From assembly GCF_006345805.1 (NCBI RefSeq), contig NC_043014.1:372001-436000 (forward strand): a stretch of DNA of 64,000 nt, in the 5' to 3' direction. The DNA comes from Octopus sinensis (lineage: Eukaryota). A program made the position numbers and the translations under genes. The number at the start of each line of letters is the position of its first letter. Position 1 is the stretch's first letter. The notes beneath the pieces are model-generated. The model saw only the letters and a program-made list of their open reading frames with translations. It was not told the origin of the DNA and searched no databases. Of this stretch, positions 39,621-51,743 are shown piece by piece.

Positions 39621-41269
39621 TAGTCATTATTACTGTTGCCAGTCGTATTATCAATACTATTATAACAGACATACCATGAACTTCGTTGCAGTTAGCGTTA
39701 CCAAGAATATCAAAAAAGCTGTATTCTTCTGATTCCTCTCCTAAAAAAGATAAATTACACATTCTCATGGGAATCAAGATCTTTCACAGAGACACATCTT
39801 AAGGGGTTGATTTCAACCCCAGGCCAATCTTTCGTCCACCCAACATAGTTTTTCCGTTGACAGTTTTCTCTTTTCCCAAAGTCAATTTCTGTCCCCTAAA
39901 TCAAACAAAATAACCAAAAAAATACTCCAATCTTGGAACTGAATTTCATTTTTTCAAATACTTCCAAAGAATCCCGGCTGACATTAAATTATTCGACATG
40001 AAGTAGTCTTAAAAGCCAGCAAATATGTCAAAACTCTTACAACACGGGTTGGTTACATCTATGTAAACAACAGAACTTCTTTACTGATGTCTTGTAATAA
40101 ATGATCTCTGGATTTTCAGGTTCCTATTGTACAACAAAAGGGAACCATTTGAAATGCTTGCAGAACTCCTCACCTTTAGTTTGCAACAGCAAACAGTCAT
40201 TAATGTTTATCAACAGGTAAAGCAGCCATCACCTGAGTTAACGAGAATTCTACCTACCTGCTTCTTATTATTGCCTTCACATCTTACATGTTCAACCCTT
40301 TCCCTCTGACCCCTATATTTCCATCCACTGGTCTCTGTATCTGCAACCAGTGCCTGCTGACCCTACATCTCCATTCACTGACCCCTGTGTCTCTGAAAAA
40401 TGTAGGATTTCTAAGCAGAAGACCAACACTATATAACTTGCTCCAACCAGGGTGCTGTGGCCACCCCTAAAAACAAAAGGTCTGTTATCCTTTTTATCTT
40501 CAGCTCCCTCATACATACATACACAGTTGAGCAGTAACTGAATGTTGGTGGTCAAATTAACAACAATAAAACATAATTACTTTAAGGACAACAACCATCC
40601 AAACTGGACAAAGAAAAAAAGAAAGAAGAAAAATGGATGAAATCAGATTTTTAGTTTAAAAGAAAGCAAAATGTTGGGTTAACTCTTTTGTTTTCATGTT
40701 CCAGTTAAAATATGCTATCTTGGTTTCCAATTAATTTTGAAAATAATAAATTTAGTAAAATAACTTTTGCCATTAAGCCTGAGATTGGAATGTAAATTAA
40801 GATGGAATTTTAATGGAAGCTTTTAACTGAGACCCCTTTAAAGACAATCTTAAGTGGACTGGAGAGTATTGTAGTTCGCTTGAAGCATTGTGTATTGTTT
40901 GTAAAGAATAAAAGGTTTTGAATGGTACAACAATGCACTATAATACAGACAATGGTCTGTGTATACCTGTTGTAATTTAGTCATCCGTAGTCTGATCTGA
41001 TATTTTGGAATAATATTCCTTCTTTAGATATTCTTAGATGGAGTTGCTGCTACAATTGGTTTTCTAATGGCTTTTCTTTTAAGTGGATTGGTATCAAAAG
41101 GGCTGAAGGCCCTGGTGAATCCAAATTAAAGAATGGATTGGTAAAGGGTTAGGGTTAGTAAGTTCTCTTCAAAAATCCTATCTTCTGTTTTAGTTGCAAG
41201 TTGACCAATTTGAGAATGGAAATTTGCTCAACATCAGACAACTGGTTAAGTCAGAGAATCTTCAAGAGA

Positions 41270-42300
41270 TCAGCAATATGCACAGGACAGCAGTGATCAA
41301 CGACAAATTGCTATGACTTTGAGAGTACAGTGCAGCACTCCAGCAAACATGGCTCCCGTGAAAGAGTGTAGAACTTTTTCTGTCAGGGGAAATGTACAGA
41401 TGAAGCCAGTGAGAATGGGAGTTGGCTTTATCATGAGACACCTCACTGCTGAAGTTGGTGGAACTCTGCAGCAATGGTTTAGAGGAGATTCTTTCATTCT
41501 GATTGCACACTTTAGATGGGTCTGTCAACTTTGTCGGTGCTTATTCCCCAGCCCTCCATTGCATACAAGACAAGGGTAAGTTTTGAGAACATCCAAACTG
41601 GAAAATACAGGTGATCCTGAATTGAGAACAGCTGGTGCCATTTGTTGACTTCAACGCCAGAGTGGGAGCTGATCCCTACTTCTGGGCATGGTGTCTGGGA
41701 TGGTATGGGATTGGCAAGGCTAGTGGAGCTCTGTATGCTTCAGTGACCATGTATCACCAACACCTACTTCTAGGCCAAAGCTCGACACAGGGTTTCCTGA
41801 CCTTATCTTTGGACCCTGAGATGAGTGGGCAAGTTGGATGAGCATCCTCCACATTTGCCAAGCAGACAAAGAGAGAGTCTGGGAAAATAGAAAACTGGCC
41901 ACAAACACCAAATTGCTGTCTATAAGATGTGCATCCTCAGCACCCACTATTAGAGGGAGATATGAAGCTGCTACACCAAACAAGAATGGCATCTCAATGT
42001 CTTCTACATTCATAGGCTGAGATGCATCTTGGATATCAAGTGGAGCAACCAAGCCACTATCACTGAAATTCTCAACTGCATCAAGTAACCCAGCTTGTTC
42101 CCCCTGCTCTCCAGCACTGACTCGGTCACATATATTGTCTGCCAGATGCAAGGAGGATCCCGAAAGACCTCCTGTATGGGGAAACTGGCCACCGGCACAA
42201 GAGCACGAGGACAACCTCATCTTTGTTTCAAGAGAGAAATGATGTCAACAGATCCACATTTCCTTAAATGAGAGGAAATTGCAAATGGTCCCCCGTGCTG
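41270..42300 (+). mobile_element. Degenerate RTE LINE, endonuclease region
   Basis: GVGFIM, DFNARVG and downstream RTE-like peptides in broken frames. Confidence 0.7.
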
Positions 42301-42609
42301 AAGATGACTACAACGCAAAGGGATGGAGTAAGAGGAAGAGAGACTGAGACTTGTTACTGAAGAAAATCTCACTCAAAGAAAGGAAAACTCAGTAGCACAG
42401 GTGGGGAGGTTCTTCAAATGCAAATATATGGGGGAAGAGTGTTTATGAGTCTAAGTGGAGATCAGTATAAGTGCCGGGGTCAATGATTGATTAAATCTCT
42501 TGAATGTGGGGCCCAAGCATCATCATCATCATCATCATCATATAGCTAAAAATCAGTAAGAAAATTGCTTTTTATAATTTTAGTGTGATTTCTGATTTTT
42601 CAATTATAT

Positions 42610-43070
42610 TTACAGACAGGCATGGCCGTGTGGTTTAGCAGCTTGCTTCCCAATCATGGGGTTTCAAGTTCAGTCTCATTGACTGGCACATTGGGCAAGA
42701 ACCTTCTACAATAATTCTGGGCTTTGTGAGTGGATTTGGTTGATGGAAGCTGAGAGAAGCCCATATTGTGTGTGTGTGTGTGTGTGTGCGTGTGCGTGTG
42801 TGTGTGTGCATGTGTGTGTGCATATGTAGATGTATGCCTCCTTGTCTTGACACTGCATCATAGTTGTAAACAAGTGTCGCCATCATAGAAGCCCAGCCGT
42901 TCCTTTCCAATCTTCCATGAAAACATATCATCAAACCTTATTTGGAAACAAGCAAGGCCTGACAACAGGAATGGCTCCAAGCCATAGAAAATCTGCCTCA
43001 CCAAATATCATCTGATCCATTCAAGCATAGAGAAGTGAACATTAAATCAATGATGATGATGATGATGATG
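42610..43070 (+). mobile_element. tRNA-derived SINE with RTE-like tail and (GAT)n (related copies or heads at about 13740-13880, 17400-17560, 45820-46100, 52090-52215, 61190-61345, 62990-63135)
   Basis: A/B-box-like head (ggccgtgtggtttag...ggtttcaagttc), ttgggcaag...gccttgtgagtggatttggt core, and a tail ending atgatgatgatg. Confidence 0.75.
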
Positions 43071-43659
43071 ACATTCACACACAAGTCCCAGAAGGCTCTG
43101 ACACAGAGCAGCAGCAGCAGCAGCAAAACCTGAAGATTGTGTTGTGTAGCTGAAGGTCAGTGTTTTTGTGTCACAGATTCAAGAAAAGAGATTTGCACAG
43201 CATCCAGCTTGGTTTTTCATTAGTTTTAACAAAATGGATTGACTTGTTTGATTTACTGAATTACCTGCCCCTGAATTGATGTGCATGTGGCTGAGTATTC
43301 CAAAGGCACATGCACCCTTTACATAATTATCTATTAAAATCAGCTTCACATGGCTGTACCTTTCCAATAACAAGTACAATCAATTTGATGGGCATCAGTA
43401 CAGTTTCTGTTTAACCAATTTTATTCACAAGTTTTGGGTTGACTCAAGGCCATAGAAAAAAAAATATTTACTGGCCAAGATGTCATGCAGTGGGATTGAA
43501 CTTACGATTTTGTCGGTGTGAAGTGACTTTTTTTAGTCATTTGACCACACACTATATTTATTGTAGGGTATTCAGGGTAAGAGTTTTTCTGGCAAAAAGG
43601 CAAGTGTCAGACAGCTTAGTAGGACCATTTCAACACGTTTTCAACTCAAGGCTGAAAGT

Positions 43660-43802
43660 CAACAAAAGATCAATTCATAACGCCACATGACCAACATGAC
43701 CACATGACCAACAAAAGATCAATTCGTAACGCCACATGACCAACATGACCAACAAAAGATCAATTCATAATGCCACATGACCAACATGACCACATGACCA
43801 AC
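43660..43802 (+). repeat. Three-copy minisatellite, 41-49 bp unit with internal CACATGAC sub-repeats
   Basis: caacaaaagatcaattcataacgccacatgaccaacatgac(cacatgac) repeated three times. Confidence 0.9.
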
Positions 43803-44642
43803 TAAACTTACACATGATAACTATATTAACACATGACATTGTGAGTCATTTGAGAGTAAAGCATGTTGACCAAGGCACAATGTGTGCATGGAGTAAAAAC
43901 CATGGGACAAGTCAGTTCAATCAGTTAGCCAGGTATTTTACTAATATTAAGGTGAAGATTTTAAACAGAAAGACAATACCTTTTTTTTCTAAAGTCACAA
44001 TGTAGAAGAAGATTCAGAAATCCATTTCTTATATTTGAAAACAATAGAGATTTCTAGAACAAACTTGAAACCATGGTGGCATAAACAAACTCCTTACTTA
44101 TTTTCAAATTTCAAAAGAGTATGACCAAATAATAAATGCGTGACCGGCCTGAAGCTGACCAACAGACTATGCCTAATTAACTGGCAAACCAGATTGCAAT
44201 CAACTTAATTTCTGTTACTCAGAATTTAAGACAGTCACCTCTTTTGGTTCATTCCCCAGTTTTAGTTTCTCTCTGTCCTTTAAATATAAAATTTAAATAT
44301 TGGTGTCTTATAATTCATTGAGTGAAAGGGGTCTCTATGCATTCTGTTATGACTAAACTATCTCGGGCAGGATTTCATTCAGTAATTTGTAAATATATTT
44401 AGTGTGAGACTATGTAACTCCTTCCTAAAATTCCTAAATGTCCACATGAAACCATCAAAGCAATGAACCCTGCAAATACAACTAAAACTTCCTACAAAAC
44501 AGACATCACCACCTCCAACATTAAAAATATTAGAAATTTATATACAACATTTTACGATATGTAACCTTGCACTACTCTTCACTTCCTCAGACTTGGACCC
44601 CTGTGACCATCTTTACTATCAATAGGGTTCCTGAACCAAAGA

Positions 44643-45199
44643 ATAAATAGTTGCATTCACAGCTCAAGAGTAATAATTGCAAACAAATTAATGGACAGAA
44701 TTACAAAAAGAAAAAAAAAAAAAGGTTCAGAACCCTAACAACCCTAGGCCTATCTTTCAAGCAGCATCTTTGTTCATCTGAATTGTTACTTTCCTCATCG
44801 CTTTCACCAGTTTCATTGTCCGAATCACTCTCATTGTCTGCAGAAGTGGAAACTCTTCACCCAAAGAATAAATACCATCAATAATTTCTTCAATTGCTAA
44901 GAGCCTGGGCCCTGTTTGTTTACCAGACAAAGCACTGGATTCCTCATACCCGTATTTCTTCACAAAGGATCCTTTTTTTCCGATTAAAGACCAAAGTAAA
45001 CAACAGCTATGGAGAACATCGTTAACAATGGATCTCCAACACACTCCACTACAAAGCTGCAACACGATCGGTTGTCGGTTCCAGGGAAGTTTATCTGCTT
45101 TTTCTCTGTGTGTTGTTCGTTAGAGATTTAAGGGGAATCTGGCAGAGATTTCATTCAGGCTGTTCTCAGTATACTGGGGACATGGCATTATCGGGTTAA
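44643..45199 (-). mobile_element. piggyBac-like DNA transposon end fragment, copy 2
   Basis: Same sequence as 1360-1919 with scattered substitutions and a shorter poly-A. Same TTAA-CCC terminus and same internal break point. Confidence 0.6.
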
Positions 45200-45229
45200 A
45201 GAATTTTGTAATTTTAAAATTAGAAATGC

Positions 45230-45720
45230 CATAAGCTTAGTACAATGGAACTGAAGCACCACCATTGTTATCAAATGAACATCTACTTATCTATATTGGA
45301 ATCGCTTCTGAAATTTTCCTGAATTTCAAGAAAACATTTGCTACCATTTGAGGCAATTTACACCAGGATTACACAAAATACCAGGAAATCCTCACATTTT
45401 ATGAGAGTTCCTAAAAGATCAACAAAGAGGATAACTCACTTTTCAATGTGTTAAGGAGTAGCGTCAGCAGTGGGAACTTTTTAACTTAGTCAACATTTTT
45501 ATTCCAAACACCATCAATAAATAGCCTTTCTCCTACAGCTTTGGACTGTACAGAGATGATGGCTTAGTAATTTCATATAACTCAAATGGCCACAGAATGG
45601 ATAAATTTAGAAAAGAACTGTTTAGCATATTTAAGGAATATAATTTAAATAACAGTAAGAGTACTGATCTAAGAATGGTAATGTTTTAGACATTATATTA
45701 TGATTATAACAAACTAGATG
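45230..45720 (+). mobile_element. Penelope-like element RT remnant
   Basis: FGLYRDDGLV...MDKFRKELFSIFKEYNL, the PLE-type YRDD motif. Confidence 0.75.
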
Positions 45721-47077
45721 AGAAAACTAGATGAGGAATTAGTATCCAGCCCATCCACTGACAGGGATATCTTTAACTGTGTTGCTCCCTACTATGAAGT
45801 AGATTGAATGAGTTGATAGTATAAGGCATGTGGCTAATTAGTTAAACTATTCAGCTCCTGGTCATAAGGTCATGGGTTCAATTAATGGTGGTGTGTTGTA
45901 ACCTTGAGCAAGACACTTTATTTCACATTGCTCCAGTCCACTCAGCTGGCAAATATGAGTTGTATCTGTTATTCAAAAGGGCCAGTCTTGTCACATTCTG
46001 AACTACACTGAATCTCCCTGAGAACAAGGTTAAGGGTATGCATGTCTGTGGAGTACTCAGCCACTTGCACATTAATTTCATAAACAATTTGTTCTGTTGC
46101 TCAGATCTACTGGAACACTCATCGTCATAACTGATGGAGTGCCAGTTATTAGTATAAGGAATACATCATCCTTAGCAGGATTAGCAGGACTAAAAGGAGA
46201 CAGGATTTGGTTCAGCATCAACATAATTACCTTGGAACTTATTTCTGTAAGGTAAACATTTTCACTTAAATGCAAATTCCACAAACTCTTTAACTGTGAC
46301 AACCTTAAGGTTAGCTACGGCTGCCTGGGGAGCAGAGATTCTCAAACTTCACAAAGCAACTTAATATGCCCAATAAACTTCTACTCCAAAAAACCAGCAT
46401 GCAGCAACAGAACTCTTGCTTAAAGAGTCTTGTCTCTAAAGTGAGAGTAAATAAAAGTAAGTATAACACAGACGGTATTGAAATGAATTAAACTGGACAT
46501 TAAAGAGAAATTGTTTAAGGTCAGCTATAACCAGCATATATATTAATTTAAATCCAAAGATGGAATTATCTCCACTTCTCTCTTAGTATGACTGGAAATA
46601 TAGGGACAGTAGAATCACTGAAGTATTATTTATATTGTGCAACTGTCCATCAATGAAAGGAGGATATTTAAGCTATGCTTGCCAAGGATGAGATGTCCTG
46701 TATCTTGATACAATCGGCCAAATTGTTGAATAAGAAATTTAAAATTTTATCTTTTAATCATCACAGACTAAAACTGCCAATTTCTTTTCAGGTCCAGACA
46801 CGGTGGTCAGAATCTCTTATCATTCAGATGCAAATCCTTCCTGTTTTCAAAGGAGCTAATTCCCCGTTGTTCCCACTAAGATATGATGTAACCTAACACT
46901 TGACCACTTTTGATCAATAAAAATCAATCTGATCAGTGGCCCTTTTCAGCCTACATCAAGTCCTTACATTTCTGTCATTTAAGGGGTCAGCATTAAGATA
47001 CTAAGTAACAAACTCTGCTGCGTCTGTTGAGTTCTCTTTCTTACATTTCTATCTCCAAATGTACAATCATCTCTCTC

Positions 47078-47119
<42 letters not shown>

Positions 47120-47759
47120 TACATACATGCATGCATATACGCACACACATCTACACATATTTGTGTGTGCAAGTATTAAAAACATGATTATGTTGGCATT
47201 TAATCTTTTTTTTATTTAATGACTTTTCATATTTCTTTATAACGTATTTTATATTTATCATATTTAATTTGCATCAGCTGTGTTGGGAATTCCAGTAATG
47301 CTTCAAAACTCGGCCATTATCATCATCAGAACAAAGTTGATCAGAAAAACTGGGGGTTTCTTGACATCCACAAAGGATCGTGGCGATAATAATTATAACA
47401 GATTTTAAAATTATACAATGGTTACGTCTGCTCAATTTTATGGCTAATTTTACATGTTATGTCACTTTATGCTGTTTGTCTTTTGCTGTCAGTAAAACTT
47501 CTATAGTTATTCTAATTTTTAAGGAATTCTTTAAAATATTGAAGCATTTTCAACTAATGTTTTCTTATTTCATTTTATGAATTCATAATAGATTGCTTTG
47601 GCTAGTTGTAAATGCAAAATCAACCAATAAGAGAGCAACATGTTTTTATGTCTGATGTAAAAGTTTGGAAGTTTCATTATGAAAGTCTACTAAAAGTGGA
47701 GAATGCACGGGAGAAGAGTCTGCCCACTGTGGATGCAACAGAAGGATATGAAGACCAGG

Positions 47760-49390
47760 AAAACCCCCAGTCCCCTCAGGAATCACTGCAGAGATGCTTA
47801 AAATATCAGCTGGTGTGCATTATGGCCGAATCACCCATATAGTTAACCAGGTTGTACATGAGGGAGTCATACCCAATGACTAGTGTAGCAGCACCATAGT
47901 CAACTACTACAAAGGGAAAGGTGATGCCTTAGAAATAATTACAGAGGTATCAGATTGTTGGATCAGGGGATGAAAGTCATGGAGAGGGTCACAGCCCAAC
48001 TAATTAGGAAGAGAGTTAGTCGAGATGAGATGCAGTTTGGTTTTAGTGCCAGGGAGAAGCACCACTGATGCTATATTCCTGGTAAGGCAGCAGCAAAAGA
48101 AGTACCTAGCCAAAAATAAACTTCTGTACTCGGCTTTTGTTGGACTTGGAGGAAGCCTTTGACAGGGTTCCCCACTCCCTTATCTGGTGGTCAATGCGGA
48201 AACTAAGGATGGAGGTGTGGCTGGTGGGAGCTGTACAAGCCATGTGCAGGGATGCTATCAGTAAGGCGATGGTTGGCAATGAGTATAGTGACAAATTCAG
48301 GGTACAAGTAGTGGGTTCACCAAGGATCAGTCCTCCAGCCCTTTTTGTTCGTCCTAGTCTTCTAGGCAATAACAGAGAGATTTAAGAAGGGTTGCCCCTG
48401 GGAGCTCCTCTATGCTAATGTCCTTGTTTCTCATAGCTGAATCACTTCCAGAACTAGAGAAGAAATTTCAAGTGTGGAAGCAAGGTCTAGAACCAAAGGG
48501 CCTTAGAGTTAATGTAGTAAAGACTCAATCTGTAGAAAAGGCAGAGTTAGAAACTTCATAAGAAGTTAACACTGCAAGCTATGGACACATAAAAGGTGCA
48601 GCAATATCAAAGGAAGGTTAACAGAGAAAATAGTTTTTGTGATTGGCAAATGTACAGAAAATAGACTATCAAACGCCAGCAGGGGGATACGTAGAAGTAG
48701 TTGATAGCTTCTGTTACCTAGTTGACCAAGTCAGTAGTGGAAGTGGATGTTCCGAGAGCGTAGCTGCTAGAATAAGATTAGGCTGGGCAAAGTTCAGAGA
48801 GCTTCTAACTTTGTCGGTAACAAAGGGCCTCTCCCTCAGAATGAAAGGCAGACTATATGATGCCTGTGTGCAAACAGCCATGTTCCATGGTAGTGAAACA
48901 TGGGATGTGACCACAGAGGACATGCAAAAGCTTAAGAAATGAAGCCAGTATACTCTGCTGGACGTACAATGTCAGAATGCACACATGACAGAGCATAAAC
49001 GACTGGAGACAAAAACTGGGCAAAAGAGCCATGAGATGTGGTGTGCACTGGTATGGTCATGTGATGCATGTGGATGAGGACAGCTGTGTAAAGAAGTGCT
49101 GATCTCTGTGGAAGGAACCTGTGAAATAGGTAGACATGGGACAAGGTGTTGAAGCATGTTCTTCAAACACTGGGCCTAACAGAGGTGATGACAAGTGACC
49201 GAGACCTTTCACAATATGCTGTGTTTGAGAAGACTCATGAAGCCAAGTGAAATTGTAGCTATGGTTGTTGTAAATGGCAACCATGGAATCATAGTCATGG
49301 CTGTTGCCAGTGTGATGGGAATGTCACACAAAAAGTACCCGTTACACTCTCGGAGCAGTTGGCACTAGGAAGGCCATCCAGCTGAAGAAA
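47760..49390 (+). mobile_element. Degenerate RTE LINE (RT to 3' UTR), same family as 2860-3910
   Basis: LDLEEAFDRVPHSLIWW, VDSFCYLVDQV, GRLYDACVQTAMFHGSETW, and a 3' UTR like 24100-24550. Confidence 0.85.
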
Positions 49391-50319
49391 CGATTCAGAA
49401 AACAATTATAAAAATATTTTGTATTAGAAATGATCTTGACATTCTTCTTATTTTACAGAAAATATTCTTCGCATTCTACTGTTGTTTTATTGCCATTTCT
49501 TTATGAGTATTATAAATTTTATTGTTAAAAGATTTTTCTGGGAACAAATTACAATTTATAACATAGATACTATGGGAAATTATTGGTCTGCTTTACGAGT
49601 TTTTGCTTTACAAGCAGTTTTCGGGAACAAATTAACTTGTATATCGAGGCATTAATATATACATACATATAAATACATGCATATATACACACATGCACAT
49701 ACATATACATGTACACATACAAGTGCGCATGCACACACACACACACTCACTGTCATTATCAGAAGATGAGAGAATATTCTAGACCATCCTAAAAATGTCC
49801 CAAAATAATGGTTATCCTGTTTGTGTGTCCAGCCATACTTAGACCAACTAGAAGGAGCGGTGCAGGTGGGTGGAATGATGAAGAGCAGGACAGAAGGAAA
49901 GAGTCCAAGAATTCCTCAATCATGGTGGTGCCCAGAGGACTGGGGTTTGAGGTGGGTTAATGAATGGCTGTAGTGAAGAGATGACAGGTGTGATGAAGGG
50001 GAAAGAGAAACAGGAAGAGACATTAAAAAGTCAACTGATCTCAATTTTTAACTGACTCTAATCAAGGCTTAAATGACTTTTGAATCATTCTGTATATTTA
50101 TTATACAATTTTCAGGATACACTTGGGAGAAAATCTGTCATAATTATGTATATTACTCATCAAGCATGCAAACAAAGAACAAACAGTTTAAGTAGACTGA
50201 AAGTCGTTAAAAGATGCAGTAATTAGAGGCGTCCTCGACACAATTGTAGGCTGTTTGTGAACCTAATGAGTGAATTACATAACTCTAAATGTGATCTCAC
50301 AAAATGGTTCATATTGCAC

Positions 50320-50430
50320 TTTGGTGTGGTGCCAAGGGCTGTTGGTTCTTATATATGGCAGTCAAATATCCTTTATCAAACAGAGATGTAAATTTTGCAA
50401 GTGAAGACGACTCGTTTAGAAGACTAATAT
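50320..50430 (-). CDS. RBCK1: Candidate RBCK1 linker exon (111 nt, phase 1-1), or alternative last exon reading on to TGA at 50309-50311
   Basis: Strong acceptor cttctacattcacagtttctatttag, in frame with the UBL exon: (N)ISLLNESSSLAKFTSLFDKGYLTAIYKNQQPLAPHQ. The donor A|GTGCAA is weak and there is no homology support. Confidence 0.45.
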
Positions 50431-50721
50431 CTAAATAGAAACTGTGAATGTAGAAGCGACCCCTTAGCTATCAGAGAGCTGTTCTTATATTGGTGGCCTG
50501 ATAAAATTCACAGTTGATAGGAAGGACATCCGGCTGTATGGAAATGAAAGAAAAGAAAAAACAAAGGAAAAACATGCCAAAACCTAACAGACTCATGCAC
50601 TGATAATAACACAGGTACAATAATAACACAGGTACAATAAAGTGAAATAAAGAAATGGAAACAACACAAAATGCAACAAAACATCAACTATGACCAGCAA
50701 AGATACAAAAATTTTAATTAC

Positions 50722-50920
50722 TTTGTAATTCAGCTGCTGCACATCTTTCCTTATCAACTTGTTCTTTTGTTAGGTTAACTTTATTTGCAGGAACGAGGTA
50801 AATAAACACACTACTGCCTTCTTTGACACCATGTTTTGATAAAACATCCTTCTCTTTGGGAATTTTATGAGACACAATTAGCCTCTGGACTTGTACAGGT
50901 AAGTTATATTTGAGGAAGAC
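50722..50920 (-). CDS. RBCK1: RBCK1 exon, second half of UBL domain
   Basis: catttag|GTC ... CAA A|GTAATT, 199 nt, phase 0 to 1. Encodes VFLKYNLPVQVQRLIVSHKIPKEKDVLSKHGVKEGSSVFIYLVPANKVNLTKEQVDKERCAAAELQ, compare human VFLDYGFPPVLQQWVIG...HGVRQNGDSAYLYLLSA. Confidence 0.9.
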
Positions 50921-51239
50921 CTAAATGTCAATTAGAAAATGGAAAAGAAAATCAGAAATTGCTCAAGGAAATGTGAAGAAAAGCATTATAGTGTAAGATT
51001 TATTGAAATATAAGGGGCAACATTAACAGCAACTCTAGAGAAATTCTTAATCTGTGCACAACTTGGCTGTAGTACAGACATGTGGTAACCTTAATGTTTA
51101 TGGAGAGACTTTACTTGTAGTAAATACTGTCAATGGAATTAACAGGAGCAGGGATGTACCCTTAATGTGTAGAGTTAACAAGGATATGTGCTGCCCTTAA
51201 TATGGTGTATACAATGCATCAGTAGAATATAATGTACCA

Positions 51240-51400
51240 TTCCAAATTCTTTTAAAGGGCTTAGAAAAACTGAAGGACCATTGCAATAAGTGTGTGAATC
51301 TGAAAGAGGAATATGTTGAATAAAATCATAATTAACTAATTGATCTTCCTGTATTTTCTTTTACCCAAAGCCAGGGACTTTTCAATGACCCCTCATAGCA
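51240..51400 (+). mobile_element. Tc1/mariner 3' end with terminal inverted repeat
   Basis: GLEKLKDHCNKCVNLKEEYVE* (mariner C-terminus), followed by ...acttttcaatgacccctcaTA. Confidence 0.7.
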
Positions 51401-51743
51401 AAGTAGTAAACTTAGACAAGGTTAAAAAAATTAAAACAACACATAATTCAGGGCAAACTAAGACCATTGGGGCTAATTAGGCTTGGGAAGCAAAGTGTTA
51501 AGTTGCAGCCCTTTACTTTTGGGGTTCAAACCCCATAATAGTGGGCAGAGTGTGTTGCGAGAAATGAGAGGTTGGCTGGGAGCAGAAGGGAAGATGAGAA
51601 GATTTTTATATAAGGAGTAATAAGGGTATAGTGAAAGTGGAAGAAAATGAGAAGGGCTGATTGAGGGGGGGGAGTGATGAGGAGGGAGAAAGTGACTGGC
51701 TGAGGGGAAAACATTAAGTGAAATGATCTCAAAACTAATTTAC

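Larger units (their letters stand above)
35388..40123 (-). pseudogene. Cluster of exon-like segments with in-frame stops and frameshifts; possible decayed nested gene of unknown identity
   Basis: AG/GT-bounded segments at 40041-40123, 39675-39740, 38914-39144, 38346-38517, 37557-37828 and 35388-35780. Each is non-repetitive and partly protein-like, and they are separated by microsatellite-bearing spacers. Confidence 0.3.

Noticed and set aside
39367-39777. Poly-S, poly-V and poly-T ORFs
   Set aside because: (AGT)n microsatellite; only 39675-39740 is exon-like.
40120-40216. Plus-strand exon-like segment (ttttcag...cag|gtaaag)
   Set aside because: Good sites but no partner exons or recognisable peptide on the + strand, and it overlaps a competing minus-strand candidate.
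42610-42700. tRNA genes at tRNA-like motifs
   Set aside because: Degenerate A/B-box heads continuing into SINE bodies; no complete cloverleaf.
43660-43802. CRISPR-like array
   Set aside because: Eukaryotic context; the units are tandem without unique spacers and there are no cas genes.
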